NCBI GenBank assembly: GCA_030698395.1
Contig: JAUYKW010000001.1
Location: 29,735-93,734, forward strand
Source of the DNA: a bacterium
GTDB lineage: Bacteria > Patescibacteriota > Patescibacteriia > UBA9570
Length of the DNA: 64,000 bases
Direction: 5' to 3'
Shown here: one piece after another, positions 29,218 through 38,389 of the stretch
How positions within the stretch are numbered: the stretch's first letter is position 1
How the letters are laid out: every line of letters starts with the position of its first letter
The notes under the pieces: generated by a model
What the model was told of the DNA's origin: nothing
The model's input: the letters and a program-made list of their open reading frames with translations, nothing else
Databases searched by the model: none
Program-made: the position numbers and the translations under genes

Positions 29218-29661
29218 TTAAGATGAGCTTAATAAATCCTGTAATTCGTTAAATAACTCAACTCTACGTTGCGCTGCATTTCGAAGCTCTCTACCAAGAA
29301 AAGCAGCCTCCTCTTTAGTTACTTCTTCCATCTCTTCTAAGTCATCAGCTACCAACATTACAGCTTCCGCATTTATTGATAATCTAGTTATGATCGATGA
29401 AACATCTGGTGGATTTAATGTTTTATCTATAATACTCTTTGCAATAACTAATTGCTGTTCAACAGCATAATATAGCCTATTTTTTAAATGCACAGGTTGT
29501 AATGTTATTTCATCTGGCTTCATCACGAACTCTCTCAGTGTAGATACCACATGATCAATCTGCTCCTGATTACGAAGCCACATAGTACTCAACTCTCCCT
29601 GCTCATCTTCAGGTTGTTCTATGTGTGAGCCTTTAGATTCAATATTTTGTCCAATTTCCAT
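29218..29661 (-). CDS. Hypothetical acidic cytoplasmic protein
   Basis: 147 aa with no recognisable motif; a convergent neighbour of thiQ. Confidence 0.35.
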   Translation of the reverse strand: MEIGQNIESKGSHIEQPEDEQGELSTMWLRNQEQIDHVVSTLREFVMKPDEITLQPVHLKNRLYYAVEQQLVIAKSIIDKTLNPPDVSSIITRLSINAEAVMLVADDLEEMEEVTKEEAAFLGRELRNAAQRRVELFNELQDLLSSS

Positions 29662-29713
29662 GCGTATATATTAGCATTCTACTCCTCATGTAGCAATCGA
29701 TAATTCTGCTCTT

Positions 29714-30472
29714 GTGATTAAAGTAACTGCAGTATATTATATGTATATTATGACAAAAGAAAGCATGGACTCCCTAAAAAGAAAGCTCAAGAAAAAAGAT
29801 GCTGAACTAAAGATTTTGCATCAGATTACTGATACCATCAGTTATAATTTGAATCTTGATGAAGTTTTAAAAGAAGTTGTATCCATTGTGTCCGATACAA
29901 TGAAGGCGGATTCTTGCTTAATCTACCTCACATCAGATCATTCTATTATCCTGAAGGCATCTAAAATTCCCCATCCAAATATGATTAATTCGGTAATTAT
30001 GCATTTAGATGAAGGTATTACGGGTTGGGTTGCAAAACACAGAAAAACGGTAATTATAGAAAAAGAAGCATACCTAGACAATAGATTTAAAACCGTCAGC
30101 CGACTAAGTGAGGACAAATGGGAATCTTTCGTATCAGTTCCAATTATTCATCAAGATAAATTAGTAGGAGTAATTAATATTCAAAATAAAAAAAGCAAGA
30201 AATATCAAAAAGATCAGATTAAATTATTGTCCACAATTGCCTCCCAAGTTGGTGGGGCCATTTCAAATGCTCAACTAATATCAGAGACTAGGGTATTAAA
30301 AGAAGCACTCAAAACTCGTAAAGTTGTAGAAAAAGCAAAGGGTTTGTTGATGAAAAGTAATAACATTTCGGAGAATGAGGCTTATGAAATGATCAGAAGA
30401 AAATCTATGAATTCTAAGAAAACAATGAAAGAAATTGCGGAAGCCATTATACTAACTTTAAACATAGTATAA
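29714..30472 (+). CDS. GAF-domain plus ANTAR-domain RNA-binding antitermination regulator
   Basis: Central GAF-like region (VSIVSDTMKADSCLIYLT...GITGWVAKHRKTVII...VSVPIIHQDKLVGVINIQN) and a C-terminal ANTAR helix bundle (RKVVEKAKGLLMKSNNISENEAYEMIRRKSMNSKKTMKEIAEAI). Confidence 0.75.
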   Translation: MIKVTAVYYMYIMTKESMDSLKRKLKKKDAELKILHQITDTISYNLNLDEVLKEVVSIVSDTMKADSCLIYLTSDHSIILKASKIPHPNMINSVIMHLDEGITGWVAKHRKTVIIEKEAYLDNRFKTVSRLSEDKWESFVSVPIIHQDKLVGVINIQNKKSKKYQKDQIKLLSTIASQVGGAISNAQLISETRVLKEALKTRKVVEKAKGLLMKSNNISENEAYEMIRRKSMNSKKTMKEIAEAIILTLNIV

Positions 30473-30518
30473 TTTGACCTCTATAATAAACGTAGTATAA
30501 TAAATTGGTACAAAGAAG

Positions 30519-30569
30519 TACGATTTAAAAAAGACGATGATGTCTTTTACTCCCGATGATGGGGATGAA
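30519..30569 (+). promoter_or_regulatory. Candidate ANTAR target: two tandem hairpins with identical GAUGAU hexaloops overlapping an intrinsic terminator, in the glnA leader
   Basis: Hairpin 1 is AAAAGAC-GATGAT-GTCTTTT (30519-30538). Hairpin 2 is TCCC-GATGAT-GGGG (30541-30554). An alternative terminator pairs GTCTTT (30532-30537) with AAAGAT (30558-30563) and is followed by TTTTTT (30564-30569). Confidence 0.45.
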
Positions 30570-30595
30570 AGATTTTTTTATTAAAAATTATATAT

Positions 30596-31915
30596 ATGAC
30601 AAAAGAAGATATTTTACATAAATGCAAACAAGAAGAAGTAACCATGGTTGGCTTTTGGTTTACAGACATATTGGGTCAACTAAAAGGTATAACCTTTCCA
30701 ATTGGACGTTTAAAACAATACCTAGAAGAAGGCGCATTTTTTGATGGATCTTCTATTGATGGATATGCCAGAATCGAAGAAAGCGATTTAGTATTAAAAC
30801 CAGATCTTGATTCCTTCGCTATTATTCCTCTAAATGCAGATGTGCATAAAATTGCTCGATTTATGTGCAGTGTCTACGATGCTCATGACAAACCTTATCA
30901 TAGCGATCCGAGAAATGTTTTGGCGCGTAACTTAGTATACGCTAAGGAAAAAGGATTTGATCTATTTACTGGACCAGAACTAGAATATTTCTATTTCAAA
31001 AATAGTACATCCACCGAAGGTTTAGATGTACAAGGTGCATACTTCGATCAAATGACCATGCACGAGGGATCCATCTTACGTGAACGCACAGTAGAAGCAT
31101 TAGAAAAATTAGATTATAAAGTAGAACGTGGCCATCACGAAGTTGCTCCATCCCAACATGAAATAAACATGCGTTATGCAGAAGCTCTAAAAATGGGAGA
31201 CATTGTAATGACTTACAAATTCATCGTTAAAGAAATTGCCAGAGAACACGATGCCTTTGCCAGTTTCATGCCAAAGCCTGTATTCGGCGAAAATGGTAGT
31301 GGCATGCATGTACATTTGTCCTTATGGAAAGAAGGGGTAAATACTTTTTATGATGCCAATGATGAATACGGTTTATCGACTACAGCAAAATCATTTTTGG
31401 CTGGAATTTTAAAACATATGCGTGAAATTGTATTGGTCACTAACCAACATGTAAATTCCTATAAACGCCTAGTACCAGGCTATGAAGCTCCGGTTTACAT
31501 TGCATGGGGTCGACGCAATCGTTCTACGCTTCTTCGTGTTCCACTAACCAAAGGAAATGAAAAAGCTGCGCGCGTAGAATTACGTTGCCCAGATCCAGCG
31601 GCAAATCCTTATCTTTCTTTCGCAGTAATGTTAAGAGCAGGTCTTAAAGGTATTGAAGAAAATTATGAACTACAGCAATCAACCGAGGAAAGCATCTTTG
31701 AAATGAGCGATCAAGAAATGGAAGATAGAGGTATTAATGCATTACCTGGAAGCTTAAGAGAGGCCATCGAAGAAGCTAAACAAAGCGACTTATTAAAAGA
31801 AACATTAGGACAAGAAGTGTTCGATAAGTTAATCGAAAATAAAATAATAGAATGGAATAAATATCGTACTCAAGTACATCAATACGAAATCGATACTTAT
31901 TTACCGGTGTTATAA
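30596..31915 (+). CDS. glnA: Glutamine synthetase
   Basis: Conserved GS blocks: KPVFGENGSGMHVHLSLW (ATP-binding region), NPYLSFAVMLRAGL, and an N-terminal beta-grasp. Confidence 0.9.
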   Translation: MTKEDILHKCKQEEVTMVGFWFTDILGQLKGITFPIGRLKQYLEEGAFFDGSSIDGYARIEESDLVLKPDLDSFAIIPLNADVHKIARFMCSVYDAHDKPYHSDPRNVLARNLVYAKEKGFDLFTGPELEYFYFKNSTSTEGLDVQGAYFDQMTMHEGSILRERTVEALEKLDYKVERGHHEVAPSQHEINMRYAEALKMGDIVMTYKFIVKEIAREHDAFASFMPKPVFGENGSGMHVHLSLWKEGVNTFYDANDEYGLSTTAKSFLAGILKHMREIVLVTNQHVNSYKRLVPGYEAPVYIAWGRRNRSTLLRVPLTKGNEKAARVELRCPDPAANPYLSFAVMLRAGLKGIEENYELQQSTEESIFEMSDQEMEDRGINALPGSLREAIEEAKQSDLLKETLGQEVFDKLIENKIIEWNKYRTQVHQYEIDTYLPVL

Positions 31916-31933
31916 AAAAGTAAATATAAGAAA

Positions 31934-31974
31934 TAAAATGTAGGGACGTAGCATGTTACGTCCCTACATTTTTC
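31934..31974. terminator. Bidirectional intrinsic terminator after glnA
   Basis: aaaaTGTAGGGACGTA-gcatgt-TACGTCCCTACAttttt: a perfect 12-bp stem with flanking A and T runs. Confidence 0.6.
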
Positions 31975-31986
31975 TAATATATAACT

Positions 31987-32211
31987 TTATTTCTTAGTTT
32001 CTGAAATAGTAGTAGAAATCTCCTTCAACATATCCTCAATTACATCATCTTCAATACCATGTAATTCTGCAATCATCTCAAAAGTATCAAAAACTTGACC
32101 CGGACAAAACACACAAGCCACCTCTTCACCTAAATGCTTCAACATAATATCCTGTACTTCTGGATAGTCCAGCAATACTTCGCCTATTAACGATTCTTTA
32201 GTAATTTCCAT
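31987..32211 (-). CDS. Small DUF1858-like protein
   Basis: 74 aa, acidic, with the CVFCPG (CxxC-P) pair typical of DUF1858 and related small redox/hemerythrin-associated domains. Confidence 0.4.
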   Translation of the reverse strand: MEITKESLIGEVLLDYPEVQDIMLKHLGEEVACVFCPGQVFDTFEMIAELHGIEDDVIEDMLKEISTTISETKK

Positions 32212-32298
32212 ATGCAGAATGGTACTTCAAGCCGTAACAATTGTCCAGTATACTCGTATTATTTATTTATCAGCAGTTTACATGTATGATAACTCTCT

Positions 32299-33645
32299 AT
32301 GATAGAACTATCACTGATTAAAGACATAATAAAATTACGCAAACGGGCTAACTATACGAGGCAGCAGATTCTTCAAATTCAAGAAGAATCATTTCGAGAA
32401 CTTATAACCCATGCCTGGAATTACTCCAAATTTTATAAGGAATTATATTCGTCACACGGAATTAAAAAGCAAGATTTAAAAGAGGTTGCCATTACCGATT
32501 TACCACTAATTTCAAAAGAGCTTTTAATGGATAATTTTGATGATGTTGTCACAGATACTCGATTAAAAAAAAGTGAACTCGAAAAATGGATTGAAACGCA
32601 TAATGATCCCACTGAAAGATACTTAAATGAATTTGTAATACTGCATACTTCAGGAACATCCGGAGCCATTGGTATATTTGTTTACGATACATTAGCTTGG
32701 AGCATACTAAAAGCATCTATTGTCACCAGAATATCATCTCCTAGTTATAACCCGCTAAAAAAAACACGCGTTGCTTACTTTGCAGCAACTAATGGTAGAT
32801 TTGCTGGCGTGACCTTAGCAAGCTCTGCTCCACCTTTATTTTATAAATTTTTACCACTTTCAATATTAGATCCTCTTACTGTTAGTTGCAAACTACTTAA
32901 TGATTTTCAACCGCAACAATTATCTGGATACGCAAGTACAGTTGCTAGTCTAGCAAACTGTCAACAAAAAGGTAGCTTAAAAATATCGCCTCAACGCATC
33001 ATGGTAAGTGGTGATGTTCTAACTGATAATTTACGCGACCAAATTTCCCGTAGCTGGAACGCACCTATTATTAATCTTTATGCAGCCTCCGAATCCATTG
33101 GCATTACAGCTCAACTACCAAATCACAAAGACATGACTGTTTTTGATGATTTGCATAATGTCGAAGTTTTAGATGATCAAAACAATACGGTTTCTGCAGG
33201 TAACAGTGGCCGAATTATATTAACGAATCTTTATAATAAAACCTTACCCATAATTCGATATGAGATGAGAGATGTTGCAACTAGAGCTACAACCTTATCT
33301 AGCAATGAACAATTCTCAACTCTTAAAAGCATTCATGGTAGACAAAACGATAATTTACCAATCACTCTCAATAATAATGAGTTAGATAATATTCATCCAA
33401 TTATATTAAGCGAATTCTTTGTGCCAGGTTTAGAAAAAATTCAATTTATTAGTAAGGATAACACATCTATATTAATTTATTACCAAGCGAAAAAAAATCT
33501 AGATAAACTAATTCTACAGAACTTTCAAGACATTTTAAAACAGAAAAGGGCTTCAAATTCTATGGAAGTACAAGTTGAAAAAGTAGAATTAATTCCAAAT
33601 GAGGCTAAAACTGGCAAGCTCAAACTTGTTAAGCTATCAATATAA
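32299..33645 (+). CDS. Adenylate-forming enzyme of the PaaK/CapK/F390-synthetase-like family
   Basis: ILHTSGTSGAIGIFVYD resembles the (T/S)SGTTGxP adenylation P-loop-like motif of this family; the size (448 aa) fits. Confidence 0.4.
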   Translation: MIELSLIKDIIKLRKRANYTRQQILQIQEESFRELITHAWNYSKFYKELYSSHGIKKQDLKEVAITDLPLISKELLMDNFDDVVTDTRLKKSELEKWIETHNDPTERYLNEFVILHTSGTSGAIGIFVYDTLAWSILKASIVTRISSPSYNPLKKTRVAYFAATNGRFAGVTLASSAPPLFYKFLPLSILDPLTVSCKLLNDFQPQQLSGYASTVASLANCQQKGSLKISPQRIMVSGDVLTDNLRDQISRSWNAPIINLYAASESIGITAQLPNHKDMTVFDDLHNVEVLDDQNNTVSAGNSGRIILTNLYNKTLPIIRYEMRDVATRATTLSSNEQFSTLKSIHGRQNDNLPITLNNNELDNIHPIILSEFFVPGLEKIQFISKDNTSILIYYQAKKNLDKLILQNFQDILKQKRASNSMEVQVEKVELIPNEAKTGKLKLVKLSI

Positions 33646-33647
33646 AA

Positions 33648-34292
33648 TTAAATAAATTTACTAACAGCTTCTTTTGACGACACTGTTTTTGTTTGATGAA
33701 CAAAAACTGGAAGATATTTCCAAGCAGTTAAAAATACTAATGATACACTAGGAACAATTACCATATTTCCAAGTAACTGATTTCGTAAAAACGGTACTGC
33801 CATCACATAAGATTCAATCAAACCAACAAACGTATGTGGATACATGCCACTAAGATGCCAGACACCAAAGTTAGTTAAGATATAAAAGAATAATGTTCCG
33901 GCAATTCCAAAACCTGTGAACTTTAAAGTATCTGCCCACACCGCAACTTTATGCTTCCGTTGTTTCGCCAAAGTACTAACAATTCCGATAATTGCCCATG
34001 CAGTCCAGGTATAGATTAATATTTCTGAATTACCAATTAATATATCAGAACCAATTACAGAAAATAGAGCAACGCTAAATCCTAAATAGGGCCCTAACAT
34101 GGCACCGGAAATGATGGCAACTACCATTAAGGTTTCAATATTCGGATAATTGAGTAGTAACATTCGTCCACCAATGCCAAAAGTAATTAAACCAACTGCA
34201 ATGAGGATATTCTTTTTTATAAAATATTTATTCATAAAGGCATTATAGATCAAAATATGAAGACGCGCTATTGTAAGGGACAGACGAGACAA
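33648..34292 (-). CDS. Small 5-6 transmembrane helix membrane protein co-transcribed downstream of nrdJ; ECF-S-component-like (possible vitamin/cobalamin uptake)
   Basis: Hydrophobicity pattern only; a 45-bp gap after the nrdJ stop on the same strand. The probable real start is the internal MNKYFIKK. Confidence 0.35.
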   Translation of the reverse strand: MSRLSLTIARLHILIYNAFMNKYFIKKNILIAVGLITFGIGGRMLLLNYPNIETLMVVAIISGAMLGPYLGFSVALFSVIGSDILIGNSEILIYTWTAWAIIGIVSTLAKQRKHKVAVWADTLKFTGFGIAGTLFFYILTNFGVWHLSGMYPHTFVGLIESYVMAVPFLRNQLLGNMVIVPSVSLVFLTAWKYLPVFVHQTKTVSSKEAVSKFI

Positions 34293-34337
34293 ACTCCCCT
34301 CTCCTAAGTTGAGGAGAGGGGCAGGGTGAGAGGTGTA

Positions 34338-36677
34338 TTATGTACATTTGGAATAACCGCAACCAAAGCATGTCATGCAACCTTCTGCTAATGCCATAAC
34401 AGTATTACACTCTGGACATTCAGGAGAGATTCCTAAATTTGCTATTGAGGCCATTGATGTTTTAGAAGCTGTCATTTCGGCATGATGACCTTCATCATCA
34501 TCTACTAATACCTTTGTTACTTCTTGTTTTATTAAAACTTTATCTTTTAGCTGTGGTTCTTCTGATTCCGTTGTAATTGGATTTGTGCCATCCAAATATC
34601 CTATGTGTTCTGCTAGAGTTTGGCCAATTGCATCTGGGATAGATAAAATCATACCTTTCTTTCCGAATGATGGCATTGGTCCACGAATTCCACGAATCTG
34701 CTCAATTACATCTCCTACTGGAATACCAGCTCGAAGTGATAATGATACTAATCTGCAAATTGCTTCTGATTCTTCTGCAAATACACCACCAGCTTTACCA
34801 ATAGTTGCGAATACTTCAAATGGTTGGTTCTCATCATCATGATTAACTGTAATAAACATAGTACCGTATCCAGTTTTAACTTTATAAGTTACACCTTCTA
34901 CTCGTTCGGGTCGCATTCTTGGAGAAGCAACGTCCCGAGATTTAATGCTGTATGTATCCAATTCCTGTTCTTGAGTTACAGTTTCAGTTTTTTCTTTATC
35001 ATCTTCATCTAAAGAACTTAATACAGATACATCTCGTGAGCCATCCCGATAATAAGTAACACCTTTACAACCCAAATCGTATGCTTTGATATATAATTCC
35101 CGCACTTGTTCTGCTGTATGATCATTCGGTGCATTCACTGTTTTACTAATGCTAGAATCCACGTACTGTTGCACCATAGCTTGCATGGTTACATGTTCGT
35201 CTGGTGTTAGCTCTTTTGCATTCACGAAATAATTTGGCATTTCTTCATCTGGATGATCTTTCTTCCATTGCTTGTACAAAGGATGATAAACCTCGTGCTC
35301 ACCTAAACGATCTTTACGTTTAAATGCAAAATCATAAACTGGTTCAACTCCAGAGCTCACGCCAGCTAAAATACTAGTTGTTCCGGTTGGTGCTTGAGTT
35401 AATAATAAGCCATTACGAATACCATATTCAGAAATCATATCTTGAATAAGTTGTGGTAGACGTTTAATGAATTTACCTTGTAGATATTTATCTTTATCAA
35501 ATTTCTTGAAAGATCCTTTTTCTCGCGCAATTTCTGTACTAGCTATATATGCTTGATCTCTAATTGTGCGATAAATATTTTCCGCAACTTCTAAACCTTC
35601 TGTATCTCCATAACGAACACCCATTTTAATTAAAGTGTCTGCTAATCCCATCGTTCCTAAACCAGTACGCCGAATGTTTTCCTGTGCTTCTTCATTTTGA
35701 GGAAAGAAATACTCGGTGGTATCAATTACATTATCTAAAAATCTAACTGCCAACTTAACAGTTTCACCCAAGCGCTCATAATCAAATCTCTTATCTTCGG
35801 TAACAAAGTTAGCGATATTGATAGATCCTAAATTACAAACATTCCATGCGCCGAGACCTTGTTCGCCACAAGGGTTAGTTGCGATAATTTCTTCAAAGTA
35901 CCAAGAGTTAGATTCTTTATTATATCGTTCCTTAAACATCATTCCAGGCTCTCCAGACGCCCAAGCAGAATCACAAATTGTATTCCATAATTCTTTAGCT
36001 TTGATAGTTTTAACTACTTTACCTTCCCATTTCAAATCCCAATCACTATCACTCTTCACAGCTTCCATGAAACCATCAGAAATACATAATGAAAGATTCG
36101 CATTGGTAATCTGCCCCATGGTTCGTTTTACCGTAATGAATTCTTCAATATCTGGATGATCATCATCAAGCATTAACATTAAAGCTCCACGACGTGATCC
36201 GCCTTGGATAATTAAACCAGTAACAAAAGAATACAAAGCTCCGAATGATACAGCTCCAGAAGCTGTGCCATTTACACCTTGAACATATGTACCACGTGGT
36301 CTAATTGAAGATAGATTTACACCAACACCACCACCACGACTCATAATTTCCATCATGGTCTTTACACTTTCCATGATTCCAGAACGACTATCCTCTGGGG
36401 ATGGAATTACAAAACAGTTATAAAAAGTTAAAGGTACTCCAGAACCAGCTCCAGCTAGTATTCGACCGCCTGGTACAAAATCAAATCCTTCTAATAGATA
36501 GTAAAATTTTTCTGCCCATTCTTTCTGCGCATCTTCAGTTTTTTCTGCTCCAGCAATAGCTTTCGCTACCCGCCGCCACATCTCTTCTGGTGTTTTTTCG
36601 ATTTGATTACCGTTTTCGTCCTTTAACGCATATCGGTCGTCAAAGACTGTTTGGGATAAACCCTCCAACTTGTACAT
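34338..36677 (-). CDS. nrdJ: Ribonucleoside-diphosphate/triphosphate reductase, class II (adenosylcobalamin-dependent), with a C-terminal Cys-rich zinc-ribbon-like tail
   Basis: Active-site block NPCGEQGLGAWNVCNLGSINI (class II type, rather than the class I SNLCxEI). Glycyl-radical-free. C-terminal CPECNTVMALAEGCMTCFGCGYSKC. Confidence 0.75.
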   Translation of the reverse strand: MYKLEGLSQTVFDDRYALKDENGNQIEKTPEEMWRRVAKAIAGAEKTEDAQKEWAEKFYYLLEGFDFVPGGRILAGAGSGVPLTFYNCFVIPSPEDSRSGIMESVKTMMEIMSRGGGVGVNLSSIRPRGTYVQGVNGTASGAVSFGALYSFVTGLIIQGGSRRGALMLMLDDDHPDIEEFITVKRTMGQITNANLSLCISDGFMEAVKSDSDWDLKWEGKVVKTIKAKELWNTICDSAWASGEPGMMFKERYNKESNSWYFEEIIATNPCGEQGLGAWNVCNLGSINIANFVTEDKRFDYERLGETVKLAVRFLDNVIDTTEYFFPQNEEAQENIRRTGLGTMGLADTLIKMGVRYGDTEGLEVAENIYRTIRDQAYIASTEIAREKGSFKKFDKDKYLQGKFIKRLPQLIQDMISEYGIRNGLLLTQAPTGTTSILAGVSSGVEPVYDFAFKRKDRLGEHEVYHPLYKQWKKDHPDEEMPNYFVNAKELTPDEHVTMQAMVQQYVDSSISKTVNAPNDHTAEQVRELYIKAYDLGCKGVTYYRDGSRDVSVLSSLDEDDKEKTETVTQEQELDTYSIKSRDVASPRMRPERVEGVTYKVKTGYGTMFITVNHDDENQPFEVFATIGKAGGVFAEESEAICRLVSLSLRAGIPVGDVIEQIRGIRGPMPSFGKKGMILSIPDAIGQTLAEHIGYLDGTNPITTESEEPQLKDKVLIKQEVTKVLVDDDEGHHAEMTASKTSMASIANLGISPECPECNTVMALAEGCMTCFGCGYSKCT

Positions 36678-36715
36678 ATTGTATGTTCTTAAATTTGTCT
36701 TATATTAGCTAAATT

Positions 36716-36763
36716 ACTACATATAGTAGTGGTATATCTCAATATACCACAACATGTAGTGTT
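36716..36763. promoter_or_regulatory. Two tandem NrdR-box-like palindromes in the nrdJ promoter, centres about 32 bp apart
   Basis: ACTACATATAGTAGTG (36716-36731) and CACAACATGTAGTGTT (36748-36763). Both are imperfect palindromes of the acaC-AT-rich-GTgt type, 39-86 bp upstream of the nrdJ start codon. Confidence 0.45.
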
Positions 36764-37362
36764 TTCATATGCATAAAGTGTGATGATTCTGTGGATAAGT
36801 ATTCCCCTTTTTTACCAGAGATGCCAAGATTAAAACCTCGGCCCTCACCATACTACAATAAAGCTAAATCAATAAGAATAAAGATATTATTATCCAGGTA
36901 TTTTTTGTTTAAAAACTTCTAAAAAAATCACTTAAGAACATTCTAGAAAAAAATTTTAATTCTATTTTTTGTATACAACGCTTCATGCCAATAATTGACA
37001 CCAACCTTTTTTATTGATAATATCTTCTCCTACGCTTTTTACATCGGTTTTCGCTTTGGTAAGTGACCTCGCTAAGTACCCGACCTAGTTCGACTAAAGG
37101 TGTTCCTCCATAGTGCTAGTCCAACCAGGGTCGCGCTCGAGGTGACGTCACGAACCAATACATGTGGCGTGCCCTGCAGTCTTCTCAAAAACCTTCTGCC
37201 CTCGTCAGGCAGATCAAGGTTAAGCTCACCCCGTCGGTAGGAGCGCGAGTCGACTGCGGGCACGCTACATCTATAACTGATAAGCGTCTAGGGGGAATCG
37301 AATAGCGTGTGCGTTGTAGGACCATCTCATCCCAACCACACGCTTCTTTTCATTCTAGTTAA

Positions 37363-38238
37363 CTATAATTTCTCTGGTGGATCATTGCCCATAAGCACCA
37401 TCCAGCTTAAACGGAACAACGTTCGTGGTCTTATCTGCGCTATCGCCTCCCACGACATGTCGGGCATGTCATCCACAAAAGCCTTGGCTAAATGATAGCC
37501 CAAAATGTGAAGAGTATTTTCTGGATATGCCCCATATCCTGCATTAAGCTCAGTAACCATTTTTTTATTATTTTTAAAATGCAATATATGCTGAATCTCC
37601 TTTAAAAGTTTTTTTGCACGACTGGAACTCATTTGCTCATACTTTTTTTCTTTATACCCAACAACTTTTTCACTAAAATATGCTGCCATTCCTTCATCTA
37701 TCATTACCTCAGCTACAACCGGATTAAAAAAATCTTTAGTGCGAAAATTTCCTTGGTAAGCTACATGAAAATATTCATGTGCCACAACATCCTCAAGATC
37801 CCTTTTCCAAGGTTTAGTTGTATTAATGAATAATTCTAAAGTATTACTCACAAGTACTGAGCCGGTTACTGGTTTTTTCTTTTCAAATCGTGGATATACC
37901 ACAATAACTGTTTTTCGTGTGGGAATTTCGAATTTACATTTGATGAACGTCTTTTTTATCTGTTTAGCGATCTCATTTTTATCCATTAACCGTCGTCGTG
38001 TTGTCGCCTTTTCATTGGAAAAGATATACTTATACAAATTTAATATTGCACCTGAGTGCTCAAGTACTAACTTACGACGAGGAAGAGAATTAGGTGCTTT
38101 GGATAATAAGTCATAAAGCCACTTCAGTCGTAATTCTGGATTATAGGCTGGAGCTGGATATATACAATCAGTAACGTAATATACGTCTGCAAGTTCTACT
38201 CCCTTGATCTGTATTATCTTTGACTTATCTCGTTTCAT
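37363..38238 (-). CDS. Putative zinc metallopeptidase-like protein (HExxH)
   Basis: VVAHEYFHVAYQG contains HEYFH (HExxH). 291 aa with no signal peptide obvious. Confidence 0.4.
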   Translation of the reverse strand: MKRDKSKIIQIKGVELADVYYVTDCIYPAPAYNPELRLKWLYDLLSKAPNSLPRRKLVLEHSGAILNLYKYIFSNEKATTRRRLMDKNEIAKQIKKTFIKCKFEIPTRKTVIVVYPRFEKKKPVTGSVLVSNTLELFINTTKPWKRDLEDVVAHEYFHVAYQGNFRTKDFFNPVVAEVMIDEGMAAYFSEKVVGYKEKKYEQMSSSRAKKLLKEIQHILHFKNNKKMVTELNAGYGAYPENTLHILGYHLAKAFVDDMPDMSWEAIAQIRPRTLFRLSWMVLMGNDPPEKL

Positions 38239-38389
38239 ATCTACACATTACAACAATCAACCATAAAAAACAAAATTACGCTTCTCAAATATATAAACAA
38301 TAGTTCCAGTATAATACACTGGTTTTTTCGTTTGGATGATTAAATTGAAGACCCCGGCTTTAGCCGGTGGTCGGATGTTATTAGTTTAA

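Noticed and set aside
37030-37340. Cobalamin riboswitch, tmRNA or RNase P assignment for GC-rich island 4
   Set aside because: Checked by eye. A B12-box-like GCCACATG and a GGTGA...CC element exist on the minus strand but in the wrong order and spacing. No tRNA-like T-arm/acceptor for tmRNA was found, and no GGAAAGTCCGG P4 element for RNase P. It is left as an unclassified structured region.
38350-38372. Hairpin GACC-CCGGC-ttta-GCCGG-TGGTC downstream of the 38390-39157 gene as a terminator
   Set aside because: Good stem, but no convincing U-tract on either strand. It is kept only as a possible weak or factor-dependent terminator and is not listed as a feature.
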